64,000 nt of DNA from Polaromonas sp. GTDB taxonomy: Bacteria; Pseudomonadota; Gammaproteobacteria; Burkholderiales; Burkholderiaceae_C. Shown in pieces: positions 21,026-31,204 of the stretch; positions within the stretch are counted from its first letter, which is position 1, and each line of letters opens with the position of its first letter. The stretch lies in the NCBI RefSeq assembly GCF_012927485.1, contig NZ_JABBPC010000036.1, positions 47,996 to 111,995 of the forward strand, written 5' to 3'. The notes below the pieces were generated by a model. The model was not told the DNA's origin and ran no database searches. It worked only from the letters and a program-made list of their open reading frames with translations. The position numbers were made by a program, and so were the translations under genes.

Positions 21026-22462
21026 ATGAACGCCGTACTGAAACCCGTACAGAACCCTGACTACGTTATTGCCGACCTGTCGCTTGCCGACTGGGGCCGC
21101 AAGGAACTGAAAATTGCCGAAACCGAGATGCCCGGCCTGATGGCGATTCGCGAAGAATTCTCGAAAGCGCAGCCGTTGAAGGGCGCTCGCATCACCGGTT
21201 CGTTGCACATGACCATCCAGACCGGTGTGTTGATTGAAACGCTGCAGGCGCTCGGTGCCGACGTGCGCTGGGCCTCCTGCAACATCTTCTCGACGCAGGA
21301 CCACGCCGCCGCCGCAATAGTGGTTAAAGGCACACCCGTCTTTGCCATCAAAGGTGAGACCTTGGCCGACTACTGGGACTACACCCACCGCATCTTCGAA
21401 TTCACGGGCGCTAAAGGCACCCCGGAAGAAGGTCCGAACATGATTCTGGACGATGGCGGCGACGCGACGTTGCTGATGCACTTGGGCAGCAAGGCAGAGC
21501 AAGACGCCAGCTTGCTGGCGAACCCGGGCAGCGAAGAAGAAATTTGCCTGTTCAACGCCATCAAAGTCAAGTTGACGCAGGATGCTACGTGGTACAGCCG
21601 TCGTCTGAAAAATATCGTCGGCGTGACCGAAGAAACGACCACCGGCGTACTGCGGTTGAACGAAATGTCGGCCAAGGGCACGCTAGCCTTGCGCGCCATC
21701 AACGTCAACGATTCGGTCACCAAGTCCAAGTTCGACAACCTGTATGGCTGCCGGGAATCATTGGTAGATGCCATCAAACGCGCCACCGACGTGATGATTG
21801 CCGGAAAAGTGGCCTGCGTGGCCGGCTACGGCGATGTGGGCAAGGGTTCCGCACAAGCATTGCGCGCGCTGAGCGCCCAAGTGTGGGTGACGGAGATTGA
21901 TCCGATCAACGCCTTGCAGGCTGCGATGGAAGGCTACAAGGTCGTGACCATGGAATACGCGGCAGACAAAGCCGATATTTTTGTGTCTGCGACGGGCAAC
22001 CGAAACGTCATTACGTATGACCATATGGCAAAGATGAAAGATCAGGCCATCGTCTGCAACATTGGGCATTTCGACAATGAAATCGATGTCGCCTCGTTAG
22101 AAGCCTGCACCTGGGAAGAAATCAAGCCGCAAGTCGACCACGTGATTTTCCCGGATGGCAAGCGCATCATTTTGTTGGCCAAAGGCCGCCTTGTGAATCT
22201 GGGTTGCGGCACCGGCCACCCCAGCTTTGTGATGTCGTCGAGCTTTGCCAACCAGACCATCGCGCAGATTGAGCTGTTCACCAAGCAGGCCGACTATGAA
22301 GTCGGCAAGGTGTATGTACTGCCCAAGCATCTGGATGAAAAAGTGGCGCGTTTGCACCTCAAGAAGGTGGGCGCAATGTTGTCGGAGTTGAGTGATGAGC
22401 AAGCCGCTTATATCGGGGTGCCCAAGCAAGGTCCTTACAAGGCCGACAGCTACCGCTATTGA
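21026..22462 (+). CDS. ahcY: Adenosylhomocysteinase
   Basis: [58 protein letters not shown]. Confidence 0.97.
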   Translation: MNAVLKPVQNPDYVIADLSLADWGRKELKIAETEMPGLMAIREEFSKAQPLKGARITGSLHMTIQTGVLIETLQALGADVRWASCNIFSTQDHAAAAIVVKGTPVFAIKGETLADYWDYTHRIFEFTGAKGTPEEGPNMILDDGGDATLLMHLGSKAEQDASLLANPGSEEEICLFNAIKVKLTQDATWYSRRLKNIVGVTEETTTGVLRLNEMSAKGTLALRAINVNDSVTKSKFDNLYGCRESLVDAIKRATDVMIAGKVACVAGYGDVGKGSAQALRALSAQVWVTEIDPINALQAAMEGYKVVTMEYAADKADIFVSATGNRNVITYDHMAKMKDQAIVCNIGHFDNEIDVASLEACTWEEIKPQVDHVIFPDGKRIILLAKGRLVNLGCGTGHPSFVMSSSFANQTIAQIELFTKQADYEVGKVYVLPKHLDEKVARLHLKKVGAMLSELSDEQAAYIGVPKQGPYKADSYRY

Positions 22463-22471
22463 TCACTTCAC

Positions 22472-22494
22472 GCCCTCTTCCGCAGGAAGAGGGC
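22472..22494. terminator. GC hairpin after ahcY without U-tract (RNA stabiliser or weak terminator)
   Basis: GCCCTCTTCC-GCA-GGAAGAGGGC perfect 10-bp stem. Confidence 0.45.
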
Positions 22495-22563
22495 AGAGCG
22501 AGGTGAAGCGAACCTGACGTTTGACCGCGCCTTTAAACGTAACCTTGACGTGGGTCGAACTGT

Positions 22564-23583
22564 ATGCGCGCTGATCTTTTTCTGGTCGAACACGGCTTTG
22601 CCACCACCCGCTCCCAGGCCCAGCGCCTGATTGCCTCGGGCGTCCAGTGGCGCGTTGAAGTCGAAGGCGTTTGGAAGAAAGTCGCCAAAAACGGCGATGA
22701 ACTGCCGGTACTGGCCGAACTGCAGGTGCTGGACAACTCCGAAGCGAAATACATTTCGCGCGGCGGGTTAAAACTAGAAGGTGCCTTGAGAAGCACTGGC
22801 CTGTCCGTGAAGGGCTTGCGCTGTCTCGATGTGGGCCAGTCCACCGGAGGCTTCACCGACTGCCTGTTGCAGCACGGTGCGGCGACAGTGGTTGGCGTGG
22901 ACGTGGGACACGGCCAGCTGCATGCCACGCTACTCGATGACCCGCGGGTGGTGTGCATCGAGGGGGTCAATGCGCGATCACTGACAGCGGACGATTTGGT
23001 TGAGCATTGCCGGCGCGCAGTTCAAATCGGCAGCGGCACAGAAGATAACGGCACCGAGGATGAAATAGATTGCACCAGTTTTGGCACAGGATTTGATTTT
23101 CTGACCGGCGATTTGTCGTTTATTTCCCTGACCCTGGTGCTGCCCGCCGTGGTGCGCCTGCTTAAACCGGGCGGGCATTTGCTCATGCTGGTCAAGCCGC
23201 AGTTCGAGCTTCAGCCGGGGCAGGTGGGCAAAGGCGGCATTGTGCGCGATGCGTCGCTGTTTGAATTTGTTGAAAAGCGGCTGCGCGATGCGTGCACTGG
23301 TTTAGGGCTTGCTGTGACGGCGTGGATCGAGTCGCCCATCGTTGGCGGTGATGGGAACCGCGAGTTTTTTATCGGTGCTGAGAAAGGTCACGAGGGCATC
23401 GGTGAAGATCAGCCGCTGGCCGCTGCACCGCAGAGAAAAACGCCCAAACGCCTTCCCCGCAGTGCTCTGCGCGAATCGTACGAACCGAACGAAGACCCAG
23501 AAGCCGCGCATGCGGGCCAGCACGGACCGGCGCGGGGCAAACGACGCGGCAAAAAAGCCGATGAAAAAGAAATAAACGAGTAA
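22564..23583 (+). CDS. TlyA-family rRNA methyltransferase (S4 + FtsJ-like) with charged C-terminal tail
   Basis: S4-like N-terminus, YISRGGLKL, LDVGQSTGGFTD, DLSFISL, VKPQFE, GNREF. Confidence 0.87.
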   Translation: MRADLFLVEHGFATTRSQAQRLIASGVQWRVEVEGVWKKVAKNGDELPVLAELQVLDNSEAKYISRGGLKLEGALRSTGLSVKGLRCLDVGQSTGGFTDCLLQHGAATVVGVDVGHGQLHATLLDDPRVVCIEGVNARSLTADDLVEHCRRAVQIGSGTEDNGTEDEIDCTSFGTGFDFLTGDLSFISLTLVLPAVVRLLKPGGHLLMLVKPQFELQPGQVGKGGIVRDASLFEFVEKRLRDACTGLGLAVTAWIESPIVGGDGNREFFIGAEKGHEGIGEDQPLAAAPQRKTPKRLPRSALRESYEPNEDPEAAHAGQHGPARGKRRGKKADEKEINE

Positions 23584-23591
23584 GGCCCGTG

Positions 23592-24422
23592 ATGAATGTT
23601 CCGGTTAGTTTTGAATTTTTCCCCCCTAAAACGCCCGATGGCGTCGAGAAGTTGCGCGCCACCCGACAAGCCTTGTATCGGCATCAGCCCGAGTTCTGCT
23701 CCGTGACCTTTGGTGCAGGGGGTTCGACGCAAGAGGGCACCTTCCAGACCGTGAAGGAAATTTTGGGCGAAGGGGTGGCGGCTGCCTGCCATTTCTCGTG
23801 CGTAGGCGCGACAAAATCCACGGTGCGGCAACAGCTGGCGGTTCTGCAGGCCATGGGAGTAAAACGCATCGTTGCCTTGCGCGGTGACTTGCCCAGCGGT
23901 TACGGTATGGGCGGAGAATTTCACTACGCGAGCGATCTGGTGGCTTTTATTCGCTCGGAAACGGGGGCTGCATTTCATATCGAGGTCGCCGCTTACCCTG
24001 AAATTCACCCGCAGTCAAAATCTGCTGATGCCGACCTGAAAGCTTTTGCGGCCAAGGTGAAAGCAGGCGCCAATTCGGCCATCACCCAATATTTTTTCAA
24101 CGCGGACGCTTATTTCCGCTTTGTCGACGACGCGTCCCGTCTTGGCGCCGATGTGCCTGTCGTACCGGGCATTATGCCGATTACCAGCTCGACCCAACTG
24201 ATGCGCTTTAGCGATGCCTGCGGCGCAGAAATCCCACGCTGGATTCGACTGCGATTGCAAGGCTTTGGCGATGACACGGCGTCCATTAAAAGTTTTGGGC
24301 TGGACGTGATCACTGACTTGTGCGTCCAGTTGTGTACGGCCGGCGTGCCCGGTATTCATTTTTATACGATGAACCAGGCTGCGGCGACGACGGAGATTCT
24401 CCGTCGCTTGACTCCGCTTTGA
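23592..24422 (+). CDS. metF: 5,10-methylenetetrahydrofolate reductase
   Basis: SFEFFPPK, VALRGD, AAYPE.HP, ITQYFFN, GIHFYTMN. Confidence 0.95.
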   Translation: MNVPVSFEFFPPKTPDGVEKLRATRQALYRHQPEFCSVTFGAGGSTQEGTFQTVKEILGEGVAAACHFSCVGATKSTVRQQLAVLQAMGVKRIVALRGDLPSGYGMGGEFHYASDLVAFIRSETGAAFHIEVAAYPEIHPQSKSADADLKAFAAKVKAGANSAITQYFFNADAYFRFVDDASRLGADVPVVPGIMPITSSTQLMRFSDACGAEIPRWIRLRLQGFGDDTASIKSFGLDVITDLCVQLCTAGVPGIHFYTMNQAAATTEILRRLTPL

Positions 24423-24439
24423 TCTTTGGTTCTGGGTCA

Positions 24440-25036
24440 ATGTACAGGCGCGTCATTAAGTGCTGGATCACCGCAAGCCTGCTGACGTTGTTGACCGGCT
24501 GCTCAACGTTACCGTTACCGTCTCCCTTGGCACCCAACCCTGCAGCGGTGGACGCCAAGAGCCAGGGAAAAGCAGACGAATCACGTCCGCCCTCCGCCGT
24601 TTTGCCGGAGGTCCGGGCGACGGTAGACGATAAGTATCTCCTCACAGGGGAAGCGGCCAAGCAATTGGAACGCGGCAAGGCGTCCTGGTACAGCCCGCGA
24701 TTTCATGGGCGACGCACGGCCAGTGGCGAGCGCTACGACATGTACGCCCTGACTGCAGCTCACAGGACGCTCCCATTTGGCACGGTGGTACGAGTGCGCA
24801 GTGTGGCGCTCGGACGGGAAGTGGACGTTCGGATTAATGACCGTGGCCCGTTTACGCGGGGGCGTGTGATCGACGTAAGTCAGGCTGCAGCAGAGGCGTT
24901 GGGCCTGCTCGAGCTTGGGGTGACGGAAGTATCACTGAAGGTGCCAGAATCTACCCAGTTAGGTGACGAGCTAGTTGCGCCTGTCAAGAAAAACCGACGT
25001 ACCAAACGGCGGTCGTCGTCGTCCGGGTCTCCTTAA
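24440..25036 (+). CDS. rlpA: Septal ring lytic transglycosylase RlpA-family lipoprotein
   Basis: Lipobox LLTGC; GKASWY, TAAHRTLPFGT, RINDRGPF...IDVS. Confidence 0.85.
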   Translation: MYRRVIKCWITASLLTLLTGCSTLPLPSPLAPNPAAVDAKSQGKADESRPPSAVLPEVRATVDDKYLLTGEAAKQLERGKASWYSPRFHGRRTASGERYDMYALTAAHRTLPFGTVVRVRSVALGREVDVRINDRGPFTRGRVIDVSQAAAEALGLLELGVTEVSLKVPESTQLGDELVAPVKKNRRTKRRSSSSGSP

Positions 25037-25135
25037 CGGATGATGCGTCTCGGGCTGGTGCATGGGGTTCTCCTTGATATTTTTACCCCTTATGGCGAGC
25101 AGGTCAAAAACATCGACAAGCAGAAAACTGGCTTG

Positions 25136-25175
25136 AATTATTAAACTTTCAGTAATTCCTGAAACTTCAATAATT
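25136..25175. promoter_or_regulatory. Palindromic operator before GbsR-type regulator/cydAB operon
   Basis: AATTATT-N4-TTTCAG-TAATTC-CTGAAA-N4-AATAATT; both arm pairs share one symmetry centre. Confidence 0.7.
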
Positions 25176-25181
25176 TTGATC

Positions 25182-25805
25182 ATGAACCTTCCTCCCCTGA
25201 CTCAACGTTTCGTCCTCCACTTCGGTGAGATGGGCAGCCGCTGGGGAATCAACCGCACCGTCGGACAAATTTATGCGCTGTTGTACGTGTCGCCCAGAGC
25301 CCTCAATGCAGACGACATCGGCGAGGCGCTGGCCTTCTCGCGCTCCAACGTCAGCATGGGTTTGAAGGAACTGCAGTCGTGGAACCTGGTACGGCCACAG
25401 CATTTGCCAGATGATCGACGCGAGTATTTTCAGGCACCGGAAGACGTCTGGGCGATTTTTCGTACGGTTGCGGAGGAGCGGCGCAAGCGCGAGATCGATC
25501 CAACGCTATCGATGCTGCGTGACGCACTGATGGAGCAACCGTCCGGCCAGGACGATCTGCATGCGCAAGCCAGAATGAAGCAGATGCACGATCTGGTGGA
25601 GTTGATGACGGGCTGGCTCGCCGATGTACAGAAAATGGATTCCGCGACATTGGCCAGTCTGATGAAAATGGGCGCCAAAGTGCAGCGGCTGCTGGAAGTC
25701 AAAGACAAAGTGACCAATACGGTTAAAGCCGGTTTTACGGGTCGCGTCGTACCGACTCTGGTGGGAGCGCAGTGTGCGAATGTTCTTGACGAGAAAAGGG
25801 GTTAA
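25182..25805 (+). CDS. GbsR/MarR-family transcriptional regulator
   Basis: FVLHFGEMGSRWGINRTVGQIYALL, SRSNVSMGLKEL wHTH; heads the cyd operon. Confidence 0.85.
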   Translation: MNLPPLTQRFVLHFGEMGSRWGINRTVGQIYALLYVSPRALNADDIGEALAFSRSNVSMGLKELQSWNLVRPQHLPDDRREYFQAPEDVWAIFRTVAEERRKREIDPTLSMLRDALMEQPSGQDDLHAQARMKQMHDLVELMTGWLADVQKMDSATLASLMKMGAKVQRLLEVKDKVTNTVKAGFTGRVVPTLVGAQCANVLDEKRG

Positions 25806-25807
25806 GC

Positions 25808-27220
25808 ATGGACGGACTTGATGCATTTGTTTTGGCCCGAATTCAGTTCGCCGCCAACATGACGTTTCATATTTTGTTCCCGACGATCAGTATCTCGCTG
25901 GCTTGGGTGCTGCTCTTTTTTAAACTGCGTTACGTGAAGACGCAGGATGAGCACTGGATGGACGCGTACCAGTTCTGGGTGAAGATTTTTGCGCTGACCT
26001 TTGCGTTGGGCGTGGTAAGTGGCATCACCATGAGCTTTCAGTTTGGCACCAACTGGCCTGGGTTCATGCAGAAGGTGGGTAATATCGCTGGCCCGTTGCT
26101 GGCGTATGAAGTGCTGACGGCTTTTTTCCTGGAAGCCACGATGCTGGGCGTCATGTTGTTTGGGCGCAAGCGCGTCAGTGAAAGGATGCACACCGTGGCC
26201 ACGCTGCTGGTGGCGGGTGGCACCACCTTGTCCGCGTTCTGGATTCTGGCCTTGAACTCGTGGATGCACACGCCTGCAGGATTTGAAATGATCAACGGGC
26301 AGGCCCACGTCACCAGCTGGTTCGAGGTGATCTTCAACCCCTCATTTCCCTACCGCTTTACCCACATGATGTTGGCGTCTGGCCTGACGGTGGCTTTTCT
26401 GGTCGCTGGCCTGTCTGCCTATCGCTGGTTGCGCAATGAACGCGGCGCAGAGGTCATGGCCACTCTCAAAACGGGCATTTACCTCGCTGCGGTCTTGATT
26501 CCGCTGCAGATCATCGCGGGCGATTTCCACGGCCTCAACACGCTGGAGCATCAGCCGGCCAAGCTGGCGGCGATGGAAGGTATCTGGCAAACCCAGAAGG
26601 GGGTACCGGCGGTGCTGTTTGCATTGCCCGACGCCAAGGCCCGGGAAAATCGCTACGAAATCGCGATCCCAAAACTGGCTTCGCTGTACCTCACTCACAG
26701 TCTCGACGGCGAAGTCAAAGGCCTGAATGATTTTCAAGGCAAGCATCCGCCTGTTGCGCCGGTGTTCTGGGCGTTTCGCATCATGGTCGCCATGGGGTTG
26801 CTGATGCTCGCCGTGAGTTGGGCGGCGACCTTCCAGCTGGCACCGTGGAAAAAAGAGGCTTCGCGTACGCTCAAGCCTTGGCAGGCGCGGGTGTTGGTGG
26901 CGATGACTTTTGCGGGCTGGGTGGCACTCGTTGCAGGCTGGTACCTGACGGAGATTGGAAGGCAGCCCTGGCTGGTGTCTGGTGTTCTGACAGCTGCAGA
27001 TGCCGCCTCTCAGGTGCCGGCACCGCGGATTGCGCTGACACTGTCGCTGTACCTCACGCTTTATGCGGCGCTCCTCGTGGCTTACGTCTCGGTGTTGTTC
27101 CATCTTGCCAATAGCAAAGCGACTGGTGGAAAGACTTCGACCAACAACCTCGAGGACGGGCCGAATGTTGTCAACTACCCGGCTAATTATTTAACTGGCC
27201 AAGGTGCTGTTCATGCTTGA
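25808..27220 (+). CDS. cydA: Cytochrome bd ubiquinol oxidase subunit I (short Q-loop type)
   Basis: FHILFP, FQFGTNW, RFTHM, KLAAMEG, FRIMV, EIGRQPW; 470 aa. Confidence 0.92.
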   Translation: MDGLDAFVLARIQFAANMTFHILFPTISISLAWVLLFFKLRYVKTQDEHWMDAYQFWVKIFALTFALGVVSGITMSFQFGTNWPGFMQKVGNIAGPLLAYEVLTAFFLEATMLGVMLFGRKRVSERMHTVATLLVAGGTTLSAFWILALNSWMHTPAGFEMINGQAHVTSWFEVIFNPSFPYRFTHMMLASGLTVAFLVAGLSAYRWLRNERGAEVMATLKTGIYLAAVLIPLQIIAGDFHGLNTLEHQPAKLAAMEGIWQTQKGVPAVLFALPDAKARENRYEIAIPKLASLYLTHSLDGEVKGLNDFQGKHPPVAPVFWAFRIMVAMGLLMLAVSWAATFQLAPWKKEASRTLKPWQARVLVAMTFAGWVALVAGWYLTEIGRQPWLVSGVLTAADAASQVPAPRIALTLSLYLTLYAALLVAYVSVLFHLANSKATGGKTSTNNLEDGPNVVNYPANYLTGQGAVHA

Positions 27221-28244
27221 CCTGGCGCCCAATCTATCGGAGGCCGCAGGCTGGATGCCGATTGTCTTTCTGGTGGTCATGGGCCTGGCGATGCTGGCCT
27301 ATGTGATTCTGGACGGCTACGATCTCGGCGTCGGCGTGCTGATGCGCCGCGCCAGCGAAGAGGACAAGGACACCATGATTGCCAGCATTGGTCCGTTCTG
27401 GGATGCCAATGAAACCTGGCTGGTTTTGGGGGTCGGCATTTTGCTCACCGTTTTCCCCATGGCCCACGGCGTGATACTCGGCGCCTTGTATTTGCCAGTC
27501 GCAATGATGCTGATTGGGCTGACGCTGCGCGGCGTGGCTTTTGACTTTCGCGTCAAGGCACGCGGCGCCCACAAGCCGCGTTGGAACCGTGCGTTTTACG
27601 CCGGCTCGCTGTTGGCCGGGTGGTCCCAGGGGTACATGCTGGGGTCGCTGATCACCGGTTTTGCCACCACAGGCTGGAGCATCGTCTTTAATGCGGTGAT
27701 CGGCCTGGCGCTCGTGGCGGCCTACTGCCTGCTGGGCGCAGGCTGGCTTCTCATTAAGGCAGAAGGCGCCTTGCAGCTGCGAGCGGTGCACTGGGCCAGA
27801 GGCAGCCTGCTGCTCACTATGGCGGGTGTCGCCGCCATCTCGATTGCTACGCCGCTGGTCAGCCCGAGCATTTTTAACAAGTGGTTCTCGTTTCCCAACA
27901 TCGTGTTGTTGTTGCCGATTCCAGTGGCCACGGCAGTGCTGTTTGCCGTCATTTACAGGAGTCTGCAGCGCTTGCCGGTGCGGCTGGCTCAAGGCAACGA
28001 ATACGGCGCCTGGGTGCCCTTTGGGGCGACGGTGGGCGTATTCCTGCTGGCGTTCTATGGACTGGCTTACAGTCTGTTTCCCTGGCTGGTCATTGACCGG
28101 ATCACTGTCTGGCAGGCCGCTACGGCACCTGAAGCCATGGGCGTTATTCTGGTGGGCGCCTTGGTCGTGCTACCCATGATTATTGGCTACACCGTATTTG
28201 CTTACCGCGTGTTCTGGGGCAAAAGTACAGCGCTGAAGTACTGA
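27213..28244 (+). CDS. cydB: Cytochrome bd ubiquinol oxidase subunit II
   Basis: LDGYDLGVG, GPFWDANETWLV, RGVAFDFR, YRVFWGK; ATG overlaps cydA stop region. Confidence 0.9.
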   Translation: MLDLAPNLSEAAGWMPIVFLVVMGLAMLAYVILDGYDLGVGVLMRRASEEDKDTMIASIGPFWDANETWLVLGVGILLTVFPMAHGVILGALYLPVAMMLIGLTLRGVAFDFRVKARGAHKPRWNRAFYAGSLLAGWSQGYMLGSLITGFATTGWSIVFNAVIGLALVAAYCLLGAGWLLIKAEGALQLRAVHWARGSLLLTMAGVAAISIATPLVSPSIFNKWFSFPNIVLLLPIPVATAVLFAVIYRSLQRLPVRLAQGNEYGAWVPFGATVGVFLLAFYGLAYSLFPWLVIDRITVWQAATAPEAMGVILVGALVVLPMIIGYTVFAYRVFWGKSTALKY

Positions 28245-28281
28245 GGCGTCTATGCCGTGCCAGTTGGGCCAGTACTACGGA

Positions 28282-29301
28282 TCAACTGCCTTGTTCCAAC
28301 GTGAAGCCTGCGTTGCGGTCTTGTCCGAGGAAGGCGACCATCTGCGGTAAAGCCATTTGTAACTCCGCTTTGAGCGTGTGCGGCGGATTGATGATGAACA
28401 TGCCGCTGGCGGGCAGCCCTGGCCGAATGACTTCCCCGGCATCGTCAGTGGTTAATTTGCTGGATTTCACTGTCAAGGTGGCGCTCAACCAGCTCCGCCC
28501 TGTTTTAACGGCGAGGGTTTTCAGCTTACGCGGTAAATCATGCGCCTCGGGTCGCGGAATGATGGGATACCAGACCACATAAGTGCCGGTGGCAAAGCGC
28601 TTGACGGCATCAACCAGGCAGGCGGCCACGCGGGCATAGTCGGTCTTCATTTCATAGCTGGGATCGCACAGCACCATGGCCCGACGAGCAGGGGGGGGTA
28701 AAAAGGTTTTAAGGGCTTCAAAGCCGTCCTCGCGGGCAACCGTCACTTGGCGGCCAACACCAAGCTGCTCAATATTGCCGGCAAGCGATTTAAAGTCGGT
28801 GGGGTGCAACTCAAACAGCTTGAGCTTGTCACGGCCGCTCAGGAATTTCTGCTCAATAAATGGCGAGCCTGGATAAATTTTCAGGTGGGCCACATCGCCG
28901 GTCTCAGCGAATTGGGGGTTCAGGCCGCGTAATACGTCGATATAGTCTTGCAAGGCCGGTGCCCACCCACCGGCTGGCGTAGCCTGGACGGCGAGACGCG
29001 GTTTGATTGGCTCCGCAGAAGGTGAGGCGGCGTTACCTTTTTTAGTCGCTGAAGGTCGGTGGTCTGCGGGGGCAGAAGCCGTTTTCTGTGCCGAGAGAAG
29101 CTTGAAAATTCCCTCCAAAGCTTCGCCGCTGGTTTCGGTGTAGTCGCCATCGAGTCGGTACAACCCCGCCCCCGCGTGAGTGTCGATCACAGTCAACGCC
29201 GTGTCCTTCTGGGTCAAATACTTCATCAACGCGATTAGCGTGGTGTGCTTGAGGACGTCGGCGTGATTGCCTGCATGAAAGGCGTGGCGGTAGGAAAACA
29301 T
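28282..29301 (-). CDS. rlmJ: 23S rRNA (adenine2030-N6)-methyltransferase RlmJ
   Basis: SYRHAFHAGNHADVLKH, DTHAGAG, YPGSP, ELHPTD, DPSYE. Confidence 0.93.
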   Translation of the reverse strand: MFSYRHAFHAGNHADVLKHTTLIALMKYLTQKDTALTVIDTHAGAGLYRLDGDYTETSGEALEGIFKLLSAQKTASAPADHRPSATKKGNAASPSAEPIKPRLAVQATPAGGWAPALQDYIDVLRGLNPQFAETGDVAHLKIYPGSPFIEQKFLSGRDKLKLFELHPTDFKSLAGNIEQLGVGRQVTVAREDGFEALKTFLPPPARRAMVLCDPSYEMKTDYARVAACLVDAVKRFATGTYVVWYPIIPRPEAHDLPRKLKTLAVKTGRSWLSATLTVKSSKLTTDDAGEVIRPGLPASGMFIINPPHTLKAELQMALPQMVAFLGQDRNAGFTLEQGS

Positions 29302-29331
29302 GGGTATATCCTACCTTCTCGCTGCGAGAAA

Positions 29332-29361
29332 TTGGCGCAAGTCCTTGATTTTTCATATAAT
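29332..29361 (+). promoter_or_regulatory. Probable sigma70 promoter of rplM-rpsI
   Basis: TTGGCG-N18-TATAAT. Confidence 0.55.
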
Positions 29362-29534
29362 CTGGGGCTCTGCAGCGCCGAGTGGTTCCGCGGCAGAGTT
29401 GTCCCATGCTTTCGGCGGCCTCGTTTCGATGAGGATTTTCGGGGGTTCGTGTACAAATTACCACCTAAGAGGTTCCCAACAGAGGAACGCCGACCGTGGA
29501 AAAGAACCCGACAAACCATTTCGAAAGATAACTC

Positions 29535-29963
29535 ATGAAAACGTTCAGCGCCAAACCCGCTGACGTGACGCACGAGTGGTTTGTGATTGACGCGACCGAC
29601 AAGGTCCTCGGACGAGTAGCCAGCGAAGTTGCTCTCCGTTTGCGCGGCAAACACAAGGCCATTTATACGCCTCACGTCGATACCGGTGACTTCATCGTCA
29701 TCATCAACGCAGCGCAGCTGCGTGTCACGGGTGCCAAAGCCACTGACAAAATCTACTACCGTCATTCGGGCTACCCCGGCGGTATTACTGCAACCAATTT
29801 CCGTGACATGCAAGCCAAGCATCCTGGCCGCGCTTTGGAAAAAGCCGTCAAGGGCATGCTGCCCAAAGGTCCGCTTGGTTACGCCATGATCAAGAAACTC
29901 AAGGTGTACGGTGGTGCAGAACACCCGCATACCGCCCAACAGCCTAAAGTGCTGGACATCTAA
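29535..29963 (+). CDS. rplM: 50S ribosomal protein L13
   Basis: [30 protein letters not shown]. Confidence 0.98.
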   Translation: MKTFSAKPADVTHEWFVIDATDKVLGRVASEVALRLRGKHKAIYTPHVDTGDFIVIINAAQLRVTGAKATDKIYYRHSGYPGGITATNFRDMQAKHPGRALEKAVKGMLPKGPLGYAMIKKLKVYGGAEHPHTAQQPKVLDI

Positions 29964-29973
29964 GGAGCTATTG

Positions 29974-30366
29974 ATGATTGGTGAATGGAACAATGGCACC
30001 GGCCGTCGCAAATCAAGCGTCGCCCGCGTGTTTCTCAAAAAAGGCACTGGCAAGATCACGGTGAACGACAAGGACATCCAGATGTTCTTTGGCCGTCAAA
30101 CCTCGATCATGATTTGCCGTCAACCCCTGTTTCTGACAAATCACGTCGAGACGTTTGACATCATGGTCAACGTTCACGGCGGTGGCGAGTCCGGTCAGGC
30201 GGGCGCAGTGCGCCACGGCATTACCCGTGCGCTGATTGACTATGACGCCACACTCAAGCCGGCATTGAGCCAGGCTGGTTTTGTAACGCGTGACGCACGT
30301 GAAGTCGAACGTAAAAAAGTCGGTTTCCGCTCAGCACGCCGTCGCAAACAGTTCAGCAAGCGTTAA
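29974..30366 (+). CDS. rpsI: 30S ribosomal protein S9
   Basis: [27 protein letters not shown]...[10 protein letters not shown]. Confidence 0.98.
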   Translation: MIGEWNNGTGRRKSSVARVFLKKGTGKITVNDKDIQMFFGRQTSIMICRQPLFLTNHVETFDIMVNVHGGGESGQAGAVRHGITRALIDYDATLKPALSQAGFVTRDAREVERKKVGFRSARRRKQFSKR

Positions 30367-30383
30367 TCCGCTTTTTCTGGTCG

Positions 30384-30425
30384 AAAAGAAAGCCGCCACG
30401 GTTCCCGCCTGGTGGCTCTTTTTTC
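30384..30425 (+). terminator. Rho-independent terminator after rpsI
   Basis: AGCCGCCA...TGGTGGCT followed by CTTTTTTC. Confidence 0.7.
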
Positions 30426-30465
30426 TGGTTGTTCTGTCCCCGGACTGAAAAACTAAGGAGCTGCT

Positions 30466-31173
30466 TTGAAATTCCGCCTGTTTCGTCGCCGTTTGACCCT
30501 CAGTTCTCCGCGCATGGTCGTGCGCAACGCTCTTCCCTGGCCTTTACGCTGGATTGCCGGAGCGGTGGTGCTGGGGTTTTCCGCCGCGATCGCCTTGTGG
30601 GCGTTTGAGTTCGGCAAAGGAATTACGGGCCTGGACACCGATGCCAAAGACGAGTTGAACTTGCTTCGGCAAGAGGTCATCAGCCTGCATTCAGACCGCG
30701 ACAAAGCGCAGTCAATTGCCAATACCTCTGGCAGCCTGATGACCGCAGAAAAGGCGGCTCAGGAGAAGATGATGAGCCAGATCAAGCAACTCGAATTGGA
30801 CAATAGCAGCTTACGCGATGATCTCGGTTTTTTTGAGAAACTGTTGCCCGCCGGGAGTGCTGAAGTGGCATCCATACGTAGTTTGCAGGCCGAAAGCTTG
30901 TCGGCATCCCAGTTGAAGTGGCAGGTGCTGGTCATACAGCCGGTCAAAAGCGCGCAGGGGTTTAACGGCAAGCTGGATCTGACGCTCAGTGGTACGCAAG
31001 GCGGAAAGTCCTGGACCATGAGCTTACCCGGTGGTTCACAGGTTTTGCAGTTCAAACAATACCGCAGAGTGGAGGGCGTCTTCGATTTGCCTCCTCAAGC
31101 CGTGGTAAAAACCATGACGGCCAAAGTTATTGAAGGATCGGCAGTTCGCTCCGTTCAAACGTTCAAGCTCTAA
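30466..31173 (+). CDS. DUF6776-like membrane-anchored coiled-coil protein
   Basis: N-terminal TM, coiled coil, LRDDLGFFEKL, FKQYRRVEG; precedes bactofilin; TTG start. Confidence 0.65.
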   Translation: MKFRLFRRRLTLSSPRMVVRNALPWPLRWIAGAVVLGFSAAIALWAFEFGKGITGLDTDAKDELNLLRQEVISLHSDRDKAQSIANTSGSLMTAEKAAQEKMMSQIKQLELDNSSLRDDLGFFEKLLPAGSAEVASIRSLQAESLSASQLKWQVLVIQPVKSAQGFNGKLDLTLSGTQGGKSWTMSLPGGSQVLQFKQYRRVEGVFDLPPQAVVKTMTAKVIEGSAVRSVQTFKL

Positions 31174-31204
31174 TCTCCACTTCCCCACCCACAGGAATCT
31201 GTTT

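Noticed and set aside
22510-22560. ACGT-rich LiuR-like motifs (also 37866 and 62143)
   Set aside because: Only half-sites match, and positions are not upstream of branched-chain catabolic genes
23030-23065. GTEDN/GTEDE 15-bp tandem duplication in tlyA, and low-complexity inserts in rlmJ and slt
   Set aside because: Ordinary variable loops; no GCTA-N9-TAGC core or other structure
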